In this document: piece after piece, positions 37,305-48,566 of the stretch | How positions within the stretch are numbered: the first letter of the stretch is position 1 | How the letters are laid out: the number at the start of each line of letters is the position of its first letter | Origin: Podospora anserina | Lineage: Eukaryota | Direction of reading: 5' to 3' | NCBI GenBank assembly: GCA_017654855.1 | Contig: CM030334.1 | Coordinates: 1,240,001-1,304,000, forward strand | Length of the DNA: 64,000 nucleotides | Notes under the pieces: model-generated | Databases searched by the model: none | What the model was told of the DNA's origin: nothing | The model's input: the letters and a program-made list of their open reading frames with translations, nothing else | Made by a program: the position numbers and the translations under genes

Positions 37305-37770
37305 TTAAGCATTATTCTGCTCATTAATCTTTGCCAAAATCTCGCTATCCCTGAAAAGGTGATACTCCTCATCCCCAACCTTGACAGGAGAACCGCCATA
37401 CTATTTGTCCCGTTAGCCCCCATCCCACACCCCTTTTTTGTCTTCGCAACACTCACCTGAGGGATCAAAACCCTATCCCCAGCCGCACACCCCATAGGCA
37501 CCCTCTTCCCATCCTTGTCGAGCCCGCCCGGCCCAACAGCCAAAACCTTGGCCTCGTTGAGCTCCTTGACGGCCGTCTCAGGAAGAAAGATGCCCCCGGC
37601 AGTCTTGGCCTCGGCCTTGACGCGCTGCACGAGGACGCGGTCGAGGAGGGGGACGAGGGACTTGATCGAGCGGAGGGAGGTGGCCTTTTCCAACAGCGTT
37701 AGCAAAACTTGGAGTTTTGAGGAAGCTATGGGTAGCGGGGGTGGTGATGGCGTAATGCTCAACGTACCAT
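37305..37770 (-). CDS. HSP10: Mitochondrial co-chaperonin Hsp10; 3 exons, the first coding exon is the ATG alone
   Basis: M|ATSLRSIKSLVPLLDRVLVQR..TAGGIFLPE..AVGPG..VLIPQ|YGGSPVKVGDEEYHLFRDSEILAKI. Confidence 0.95.
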
Positions 37771-37979
37771 TTTGTCTGGACTTATGGTAGCTAACCGGCT
37801 GGCTGGCTATGTGCAGTTCGAAAGGTCGAGGATAGGTAGTTGACGGGAGTGAGGTTATTCGTAAACTTCGAATTTGTGTTTGGAGAAGAGAGGGGAGGGA
37901 AGCTTTTCAATTGCCACAACTGTCGTCAATCAACAATTCTCCACACACACAAGCGTTGCTGATGCGGGTCGGGGGAAGG

Positions 37980-37999
37980 AGAGCTTTCTAGAATTGTCC
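37980..37999. promoter_or_regulatory. Heat-shock-element-like site upstream of HSP10
   Basis: aGAGc-tTTCt-aGAAt-tGTCc: alternating nGAAn units (two perfect, two imperfect) ~210 bp upstream of the ATG. Confidence 0.5.
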
Positions 38000-38819
38000 C
38001 CTCCTAATATTTTTTCCAACCGGGGGGCAGGGGGGGCCCTTGCGCCTGCTCCGACCGACCGATTTCCTACCTCCGGCTACAGCCGAAAAACTGGGCCGGC
38101 CTAGTCCAATCCCTCACCTCCCATTGGTTGTTAAGCCCCCGTAGCAAACCAAAACTGTGGGGTTACACCCAAACCGTGTAAGTGACCAGCCAGTGACCAG
38201 CCTCACCTCAACGTCACTCCCATCTTCACCACAGCAACAACACTAACAAAACACACATACATACTATGTAGGTATTCATATATTCATCTCTCTCTTCCCC
38301 TCTGCCCCCCCCCTCCCTATGTAAACCTAATACCACTATCCCCAAAAAAAAAAAGCTTCATAAAGTAATATCACTCTCTATTTCCCAATCCATCCCTTTC
38401 TTTCCCTTCTCAATCATCCATGATATCTCTTTTCTACATACATGACACCCCACCCCCCAGCCCTGGTTACCCTTCTTCATGAGATCAAGAAAACAAAACA
38501 ACCCAAATCTAGTCTGTAGCCCAACCGCACAACGTAACAAAAAAAATTCCGCTGGAATTGCCCCCATCTGCTCCCTCTAGACTCCCCGCATCGAAACCAG
38601 AAAAAAAGAGCAAAACAAGTAAAAGTAGAAAAAGCAAATTAGGTAAAGAAAAAAAAAAGGATGTCGTCGGAGTCTGTGAGTTCGTGCGTGCATGTAAACA
38701 TCTGGTGTCCGTGACTGCCCCAAATCCCATAACCTTTACACCACGTTGAGTGTCTGGCAGAATCTCGTGAAGCGAATAAAAATGCGAATAATGGCTTTTC
38801 ACCGGCCACCATCCTCGTC

Positions 38820-41484
38820 TCATTTTGGAGCAGGAGGCGTAGGCGGCTCCAACACATGCGTGTGATCATCAGCATTAACCACCTGCCCCGGTCCAACCTG
38901 CCGACAAATAACTGTATCTGACACCCAAGGGTCCTCCAAAATCTCGCTCATCTGAGCGCGCGTTTTTGGGTCGAGATCGAGCATGCGCCCAATGACATGC
39001 CGGCTTTCCCTGGGCAACAGTCGAAGGATACGCCACGGGCCGCGGATGACTTCCTTCTTTTCGCCGCCGTCTTGGCCAGACGGCCGCTTCTCCTCGCTCT
39101 TGGACTTTTCAGGCGCAGGTTGTCCTTCGACAAAAGCTCTCTCAGGCGTGTTGTTCAAAGCGGTCATGGATGCGGATGGTGGAAGAATGAGCTTCTTCGG
39201 GTCGTGACCAGGCGTTGGATCGGCAGCAAAGAGCTTGAACGAGCTATCGGTAAGACGGGGAAGCTTCCAGGGGAAGCGTCTGAGCGTCATGCAGCAGTAG
39301 ATGATGGCCAACGACCAGATATCCACCGCTTGTGGGTCGTACTTCTTTTCGTCGTAGACCTCAGGCGCAAGATATGGATCTGAGCCGACGATACCTGTAC
39401 ATCAACCAGTCAGTAAACTGCCGCATGGCAACACCATCTCCAGGAAGAAAAAAAAACTCACCAGAAGCAAGAACAGTGCTCGTCTCAAAAGGATATTTGA
39501 AGACATGGGCACTACCAAAATCGATTATCTTCATGATCCCCCGCTCGCTCACCACCACGTTGTCAAGCTTCAAATCCCGATGCGCCAGCCCCATGCTGTG
39601 AAGATACGTAACACCGCTCAGAATCTGCAAGAAGCAGCAAGTGACTTCTTCTCTCGCCATCTTCCCCGTCATGACAATGGCAAACAGGTCAAACGGCGCG
39701 TATTCCATCACCTCGTACCACTTGCCCTTCTCCTGGACAATGTCAAGCGTCTCAATGATGTTGCCGTGGTGCAGAGAAGACCCCATGCAGTACTCGGCCG
39801 TCAATTTCTTGACGTATTCCCTCTCCGTCTCATATGAGTGGCGGGGTCTGAACTCCTTGACGGCGAACACGGTGCTGTCCTCGGCGCGCTTCATCAACCG
39901 CACAGAACCACCCGCTCCAGCTCCCAACACCTTTCCAAGCTTTCCATACTTGGAAGTGAGACCGTGGTCGTTGTCGAATGGAATCTGGCCGCCCTTTGGC
40001 GTCTTGATACCAGACCGAACCGAAGCTGCTGGTGATGAGGTGCGCTTGACCTTGCTGCCTGGCCCCAGCTTGAAGAACCTCTTCAGATCCGCCATGGAGC
40101 TATTTCGGCTGTGGATAACGTTGTCGTCGCTGTTGAGGCGCTTGTCTCCGGATATTCTGGGCAGGCTCAGGGTCGATGAACTGGGCGAGGCGTTCTTGTT
40201 CTTTTTCCTGGTGAACATGAAGCGGGACTCAATTTGTTTTGGTGTTTGACGCTTGCTCGCGGCGTAGGGGTCATTAGCCTCTCCAGTTGGCGGTGCTTGT
40301 CGGGAATAGAACAGCGAGGCAGCGGCTGCGCGGGACGGACTGCTATCGCGAGACGGTGGGACAGAGCTGGCGGGTGAGTTGGAACCACTCCCGGCGCCGA
40401 GCGAGAACAACCCCTTTCGGTGGTCACCGAGAGCGGAATGGTCTCTTCCATCTGACGTCGCGGGCCTCCGTGACACCCGCTCTTTTTCGGTCGTTGTAGA
40501 ATGATGCTGGACGGATAGACGAGCAGGATTGACAGGTGCAGGCTCGTGGAGCGAATCTTGAGGCGTGATGATATCTGGCATGCGACCCAGGCGATCTTGG
40601 TTTCCGGCCGGCTCTCTCTTCAGTCCTGCTTCCACATTGTCCGTGCCGGCCGGTGTCAGCGGTGGCGTATGCATTTCTGGACTCCTCCTCATATAACTGC
40701 TTGCTTTTAGGTGCGGTGAGCCCTGGTGGCTCGCCGAACTTCTTGTTGCTTCCCGGCTCGGTTCCCGAGAATCATCGTCGCGCGATGCAGTCTAAAGCCG
40801 AGATCGATCAAACGTCAGCCTTAAAGTTCTAGGAAAAAAAGAGACCCTGAAAAGCAAAAGACAAAGTAAGTTCTGAGACCACCCCACAAGGCCTCGGCTG
40901 GATATCTGATCCCATACTAGAATCCGCCACAACCAAGACAAAGACACCATCGATCGATAACCAGACCCACACGCCAATAGGCCCGAAAACCTGGAAACCT
41001 GGAAACGTCGATACGTACCCTGGATACTGGTAGCGATACTGGCTCGTATGAGAAAATGTTCATGCGGCGTTCCTGGAGCGGACAATTCCTCAATCGCTCA
41101 GAGAGATCACGTATTTCCTCAGATGTGACCCGTCCGGGCTGTCCGAGTGAGACATTGTCTGTGTTGGCGAGGAGCGATGCATCTTCAGGGGTGATCTCCT
41201 GTACCGTCGACTTGAAGCGGACGGCGGGGGAGGATTCGGCAGCGGGTTCGTCTTTTGGGGGAGATATCTCGATTTTTGAGGGCTCTAGATGATGCGTACG
41301 ACGTCGAAATCAGCAAGGTGTGTCTTTCGCTAACAAACAGCGGACTGGAAATCCGTGGGGGTTTGGGGTTGAGTGAGGGGCGATCGAAACAGTGCACAGT
41401 GAGTGAGTAGGTAGTGTCCCGGTGAGACTCACCTTTGTTCAGGATCTCGTGCTGCCCTTCCGGCGCCGGGGCACTGGAAGCCAT
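38820..41484 (-). CDS. SAT4: Ser/Thr protein kinase, HAL family (Sat4/Hal4-like); 4 exons
   Basis: [56 protein letters not shown]. Upstream exons [28 protein letters not shown] splice in frame. Confidence 0.9.
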
Positions 41485-42836
41485 GATGGAGATGGTCTAG
41501 AAGAAAGCGGTTGCGATTGCGATTGCGCCTGCGCGAAGAGGGAAAGCACGATGATAGTTTGCAGGATCCAAAGATGGAGACTGGAGGAAGCAGAGCAATC
41601 GGGCCCAGAATCCTAGATGACGGACAAGAGACGGCTGCTGGCTGGCTGCGCCTGAACCGCGGCGGAGCGCCGAGAAGAGAGGTGCGCTATACGCTACGAG
41701 GTCGTTGCGACGTGGTGGGGCTCAGCTACTTGTCCGGTACCTGGTTTGCAGTAAGACGCGCCACTCAACGTTGGCTGACATCTGCGGGAGGCACGGGTAC
41801 CCTTCAAGCACCTGAGCATCACCACAAGTTCCCAGGGTTCTCCCAGGTCCTGAGCGAGGGCGGCCATTTCCGGGGCCTCACGGGCCCGGCAGTGGGTCTT
41901 TTTTTTATCAAGTCCCCTGATCTCTTGATCTTGTCCACTAATTTCTTCCCACGAGCCTGACTCGCAGCGAGCATTTCACCAGCTTCCAACTACCAGTCTG
42001 TGGCGACCAAAGGCATACGCGGATACGGGCGGGATTTCCTCCTTGGGTAAGGCACCTCACGGCTGTTTGGGACACCAAAAAAAGGCTCACTCACGCACAG
42101 TCTTCCAGTGAGAGCTGGGGGGGAGGGGGGCATGGGGGGCACCGACGTAATGGAGGGGTCTCCATATCTCGGATACATGTGAGGCTCACTCCGGAAGGTG
42201 GGCTGGTTGAGAAAATGATCTCTCCGATCTCGTCATCCATCTTATCGGATCCAATGTTTCTTCTCTTTCCAATCAGAAGCTGGAAACTGCCAACAACAAG
42301 CAGCCAACGAGCTCGAACACGTGTGAGTCGCATGGAGGTTGAGATGCATGATTCCGAGAGTCGGTTCGGTCGGGGCTCGGCACGCGAATCTTGTCCTTCA
42401 GTGACATGTTCACGGACAACAACGACACCCCGGCCTCCGTCCCAGCCTTGTCTCCGCTGTCCGCTGTCCACAGAACCTGGAGACCGGCCGCGACACCAAG
42501 AACCACCGGAAACACGTCTCGCAGCGCTCATCCCGTCTTGTCTCTAACGGCCAAGTTCCACGAGATCTGGGTTTTGTCTCAAGTTTGTGATCAAAAGCTC
42601 GGGCGAATCTATCAAGGTACCTACGAGGCAAAGCTGTAAGTGGGGAAGCTGCACACCCACCCATGCTCCCACTATCAGCGCATGGTACCTCTTGAAATCA
42701 TACAACTGGTGGTACATGGTGATATATATACAAAACCACAGCTACAATGCTATGGCTATTCCCGTCTCTTGTCGGATATCAAGATGTTTTGCAAACAACC
42801 GTAACGCCCCCAAACCCAGCCTGTCCTCTGACCCCT

Positions 42837-43385
42837 CTAAGCAACCACAGAGATGCCCATCCCCCTGGCTTGCCAGACAATCGATCTGCAAATGCCTTCT
42901 AATGACAGACCGGACAACCGGGGCTCTGACTGTTTGATCTTTGCAATCTCATAGACATGCTTGAGACTAACTGACCCAACAGTCTCGTGGCCTGGCTTCT
43001 GGGCACCTTTCCTCTTGCCCTTCTTTCCAATCGGGACGTCGGCCGCATTGAGCAATAGCCATGATGTTTGAGGCGTCCTGATCTCGAAGTGGAAGGTTCT
43101 GTCGGGCCGGACGGTGACTCGGACGGGCAATGGCGTTCCGACGTTGATGTGTGTCGTCCTCGCATTAAACTCCTACATATCCCCCTTATGTCAACATTTC
43201 GATGCCGAGCTCCCCCTTCCTCCTCCCTCTTGATTTTGACCGACCTTGCAGAAATCCATCGACTTGATACCCTTGGAACCGAGGGCAGGACCGACGGGAG
43301 GACTAGGACTGGCTTGGCCGGCGCCGACAATGATCTTGACGACCTGCTCGAGGCCCTTGGCACCACCTGCCGCTGCCTTGGACAT
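42837..43385 (-). CDS. MRPL19: Mitochondrial ribosomal protein uL11m; 1 intron
   Basis: [62 protein letters not shown]. Confidence 0.93.
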
Positions 43386-43922
43386 TGTGAGGCTCGGTAT
43401 CGACGGTTGTTCGGGAGGGAAATAATCGGTGACTCGGTCCGAGGGTGCAATGGCGTCGCGAAAAGGTGTGGGTTGACAGCTCCGGAGCTGGGGTGGTGAG
43501 GTTCTCGCGAGCGGCGCCGAGCTGCTCCAGACCAAAAATTTCGGGTGGGCGGTTGCACCGCTTCAGCCACAGCCGATGTGCCCGTTCTTGGAACTTCCAG
43601 GAGCGGTTTCAGCCACAAGTTAGACTTCTGGATGCGCGGCGTAGTGGGGCTTTTTCAGAGAGAACCCTGTTTTATAGGGACCCGTGCGTTGGGGCGGAGG
43701 AGCAGTGACGTCCAGTGGATGATAGCGTGCCACCGAATACAGCGGATAGGAGATTAGCCCCTCCTCTTTCCATCTTTTATTCGAGGATCTCTTTTGACGG
43801 CGGTGAACGGCTTCAGACCTTGCTCTTTTCACTCTCTCTCCATTTCGACCCAAAGCACGGTTCTGACGATTATTATCGCAACGGTAACTTTTCACCCCTT
43901 CCTTCGCAAACAAACCGCAAAC

Positions 43923-45253
43923 ATGTTCAAGTGGGCGCAGCAGCAGTAAGAACCTCTCCATGGACGGACTGTTGTTGTATTGGTCGACTGACACCCCTTT
44001 TTTTCTCCCTTAGGCTCGCCAACGTCGCCGGCACCAAGGAGCCCATCTATGGCCCTGAGGCAATCCAGTCCGTTGCCGTCGAGGCCGAGACCACACCCTA
44101 TACCGAGCTCACCCGCGATGACCTGAAATGGCAGGCCATGACCTCGACCAGCGTCGAGACCCAGAGCTTCTACCTCATGGCTGACAACGGTCAGCTTGGG
44201 TTTGCCCAAGTCATCTATAGTAACGTGGCGTAAGCTTCATATGTGAGAGCGACCCCTCTGCGCACACGCTGACACGCTGCATCATGCAGGGGCATCCACA
44301 CGACCTGCCAGTTCAACTGCAAGCTCTTTAGCCTCGATTCCTCGAAGCCCCACCTCTGGTGCTCGACCCAGCTCACCAACCCCGACTTCAGCGAGGACAA
44401 GAGTAGCTTCTTCGCCGACGACTGCGCCGTCGAGCTCTCCGAGGACGGAACCACCTACACAATCAAGTCGATGAATGACGACCGGGCCATCGTCAACTTG
44501 ACCATCAAGCGGGCCGGTCCCGGCTTCCAGGTCGGCAGGACGGGCAAGACGCTGTTTGGCACCGATCTCAAGAACCCATGGGGCACCATGCGCCATGCTT
44601 TCTGGCCACGCTGCACAGCCGAGGGCACCATCAGCACCAAGGAGGGGCCGGTCGATTTCAGGGGCAAGGCCACGTACATCATGGCTCTCCAGGGCATGAA
44701 GCCTCACCACGCGGCGGCCAAGTGGAACTTTGTCGACTTCCAGGGTCCCACTTACACGGCTGTGGTGATGAATTTTACCACTCCTCCTTCCTACGGCTTG
44801 ACCGAGGTGACGATTGGTGGTATTGTCAAGGATGGGGAGATCGTCATGGCGAACTGCAAGAGCACAGTTACTCACACCAAGTCGAAGAGCGACGGGGAGA
44901 ACGGGTGGCCCGAGCCCGAGACCATCAAGTACACTTGGACGGGAACGACCAAGGATGGCAAGCCGGTCGAGGCTTCGTTGGAGGGTGCTTTGGAGAAGAG
45001 GCTCGACAGGATAGACGTCATGGCCGAGGTGCCTGGATTTGTCAAGCAGATTGTTTCGAGTGCTGCCGGAACAAAGCCTTATATCTACCAGGTACGTTTT
45101 TTTGTCGCAGTGGTCGTTTTACAGGTCAAGTGCTAATATGAAACGTAGTACTACCCCCAACAACAAAAACTCACTCTCAAGATCAAGGTCGACGGCCAAG
45201 AAGTCAGCGAGCAGGGCACCGTCTTTGCCGAGTCCACCTTTATTTCCGAGTGA
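43923..45253 (+). CDS. SVF1: Survival factor 1 (Svf1, ceramide-binding lipocalin-like); 4 exons
   Basis: [75 protein letters not shown]|..ESTFISE*. Confidence 0.93.
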
Positions 45254-45941
45254 TTTTTTTACAAGTCAACTTGTTTGGAACTACGACGGGAAGTTGAGTT
45301 ATACACATTTGGAGTTGGCGTTTCGAGGTGTGTCTGATGAGCAGAGAGAGGGTTCTCAAAACAAAGCCACGAAGGTATATAAACATTGACATCCCCCTGA
45401 AGGAAATAGTGATGGGGGGTTGAATAATGATGTTGGAGCAGGAAAGGGGGAGATCTCTCACGAACACATAGAGCGGTAGATGGGGGGTTGGTGGTGATGA
45501 TATGGGGCTCGGTTTAATATAATTGATTCTTGTTATTTAGGTTTTCTACAGTTCATTGTGCTCTTAAGACCAATTGTTCCGTTTGCTTTTTCATATATAT
45601 TTATTACCATCCGTTTGCATTGTTGATAAATATATTCAAATACTAATATTCTCAGCTTTATTTTTAGGCATCAGCCTTGACAGCCACCCAGCGACTTTGC
45701 CCGGGCTCCTGTTAGTGAGGCGCACGGGCCAATAGGGACGAGTTATGCTTGATTTCAAGCGTTGTTCGCCACTCACTCACTTCATTCCCCGACTTACCTA
45801 CCTTTCCTTGTTGTTTAACTCACCACCATCACCTACCGTTCCAGTTCAATTGTTGCGCGCCATGACCTGTTTTGTCGATATCTACTGAGTGTTGTTTGTT
45901 TACGATTTCAATTTCAATTTCTACAAGAAGTCGCGAAGACA

Positions 45942-46840
45942 ATGCCGCCTACTTTGCCGGCCAGAGGTGGTCCCTCCTCGTCGAGGGCCAAGGCGGTGAT
46001 GAGGAGTGTTGGGGGGAAGGCGCCGCTCGGGGTTGGGAAGGGGAAGGTGGGGGCCAAGAGACATAGGAGGATTTTGAAGGACACGATTCAGGGGATTAGT
46101 GGGTTTTATCATTGATGATGATGGGAGGTTGGGGATGAATGAGATGCTAATTATTTTGGGGGGATAGCTAAACCTGCGATTCGGTATGTTTTTGTTGTTG
46201 TTGTTTTTTGGGCGGGGAGGTGGTGAGTCGCGAGTCCAGTTGGTTTGTGAGAGTTGGGGATGCGACTTGTCAAGAACACACGAACCATGGGATCACAAGC
46301 TGGGATGGCGGATATGTTGCTTTGCGACTTTTCGTTCCGAGCGACTTGCTTCCCCCCTACCCGACCGACCACCACCACCACCACCACCTTCAAATCATCA
46401 GACCGAAGAATTTACCTGCTAATATATACATCATCCAGTCGTCTCGCCCGCCGCGGTGGCGTTAAGCGTATCTCGGGGATGATCTACGAGGAGGTCCGTA
46501 AGGTTCTCAAGGATAGGCTTTCAGTGGTATGTTTTTGCTCACCACTCTCACCCACTCTCCTCCCTTCTTTGACAGGACTAATATGTTGATAGATCCTGAA
46601 GGATATCACTACTTATACCGAGTATCGCGGTGCGAAGACCGTCACGGTCGAGGATGTTAGTCCCCCCCCACCCCGCCCCAACCTCCATTGATCCAACTGA
46701 CAGAGAGTTAGGTCATCTTTGCCCTCCGCCGTATCGGTCGTCCGATCTATGGTTTTGATCCCGAGACTTATACTGCCCCTACGACGGGAATGAGGAGAAA
46801 GGCGATTGCGGGCGCGTCGCAGGATATGGATCAAGACTAA
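45942..46840 (+). CDS. hH4v: Divergent histone H4 variant (H4v/H4E type), 150 aa; exons 45942-46098, 46168-46183, 46439-46526, 46593-46655, 46712-46840
   Basis: Spliced product [107 protein letters not shown]..QD*. Exons sum to 453 nt. Confidence 0.92.
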
Positions 46841-47661
46841 GGTCATAAATTCGTCTGTCGGAAATCTTTCCTAATTATTCTGTCAACGGCGTTTTGGGGG
46901 TGTAGGATATGGACGGAACACAAGGTTGGCGTTTTGGGTGGATAGGCTGCTGCGGTGATTTTTCACTCGGTTTATTTCCTTTGCCGCGGGCATCCCAAAG
47001 TACAACGGATTCTGGAGGCAATTGGCAAACCATTGGTTCTTGTCATTGGGGATAAACATGTTGGTCACGGGGCACATACTATTTGGGATGGGATGGGCCG
47101 GCAGGTGTGTGTACACCGAGTTTGCAAGGGTTGCAATTGTTTTAGGGGAATTCAAAGTTGGTACCTTATTGAACCTCACTGCTGGGTTTGTGATGTGAGC
47201 GGGTGTCTCGGGAGGATTTGTTGACTTCGCAACCCAACCGGATTGATGTCAGCCCCCTTTTCAGACTTATCACCACAAGACAAACATTCCACTCTATACA
47301 CACACACAACCATGAAAAGCAAATGTGATAAATCAGGTATAGATAATATTAATGTAGGACTCTTTAGCGAAAGTCTATGTGGTATCTCTTGAATGAATAA
47401 CGATTGGTTGTTGTTATTGTTGTTGTTGTTGTTGTGGTGGTGGTGGTGGTATCGCAGATTCCCCCAAAAAAAAAAAAAAAAGTGACCAGAAACAGAACGC
47501 CGTTGCCCCAAACCCAGTATCCAAAAAGAAGCAATTTGCCGTGTGTAAAAAAGCGATTGTGTAGTTCCCGACCAGCCCATGGTATCAAACCCAACAAATA
47601 AAAATGAAAACCCTTTTTCCACCGTCTCTATCCCCTCCCTCTCTTCCCAAGCTCGTCAGAT

Positions 47662-48566
47662 TCATCTCCTCTTCCCATTCCCAAACTCACTCACCACCCT
47701 CTCCAGCGCCTGCGCCGCCTTTCTTTCAGACCTCCTCAACCACCCCCGGTTCAACCACTCCGGCAACACCATCTCCTCCTCCCTATCTCCCTGTCTATTG
47801 TCCTCCCCCCCCCCACAGGAATCAACCCCGCATTAGCATGCCCCCTCGCAAACCCCACCTCCCCATCCCTCCCACATCTTTCTTTCGTCAACCTAACCGC
47901 CTCCCTCAGCATATCCCCCCCCAACCCCTTCCCTCTATACCTCGACTTGACCGTCCAAGCCCTGATCACCCCCTTCCCCCCCTTGAACGAACTCAAACTG
48001 CCCCTCTGTTTATGCCTCTTGAAATTGGGATCTGACTGCCCCGCCGGACGGGAAATATGCAACACCGTGACCCCAATAATCTCCCCCCCGTACCGGCAGG
48101 CAATAACGGTGTCCTGATCTTCGGGAGAGTCTGACCCGAGAAAGGAAGGGGTGATGCTTTCGGCGAGGCGGATGAATGGGGAGGTGAGGTACCGTACGGT
48201 AAGGAGGTATGTCGTTACCAATGACGAAAGGATCATCAGTTTTGTTCCGAGGTCGGATGAGGAGAGGAAGAAGTGGTAGGTTATGGCCAAGGTGGCGATG
48301 AGGGAGGAGAGGGGGAGGGGGTGGGTGATTATATGGCTTGAGGCGGTTTGTCTTTGTTGGGCGATGCTATCGGCGATGAGCTTCAACGCCGCGGTTTTGT
48401 CGGGCTTGGAGGTCAGGACTTCGAGGGTCAAGGGGGGGATCTCATCTTCTTCGTCGAGGGTGGTGGTTGGGATGGGCGTTGCTGGGCGGGAATGGGATTG
48501 GGGGGTTGGTGGTGACCTTCGGAGAGAAGAGGGTGCTAGGTTGGGGGTTGATGGGTTGGAGGACAT
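47662..48566 (-). CDS. GNAT-fold acetyltransferase-like protein with a hydrophobic hairpin; apparent frameshift in G10 run at 47805-47814; possible upstream exons to 49484
   Basis: ALKLIADSIAQQRQ, YGGEIIG, GVIRAWTVKSRYRGKGLGGDML (acetyl-CoA motif A), VGFARGHAN. A plausible C-terminus lies in another frame. Confidence 0.8.

Noticed and set aside
46883-47622. Small ORFs between the H4 variant and the GNAT
   Set aside because: Low complexity (TGT/TGG microsatellite, poly-A), no motif and no consistent exon chain; likely convergent 3' UTRs.
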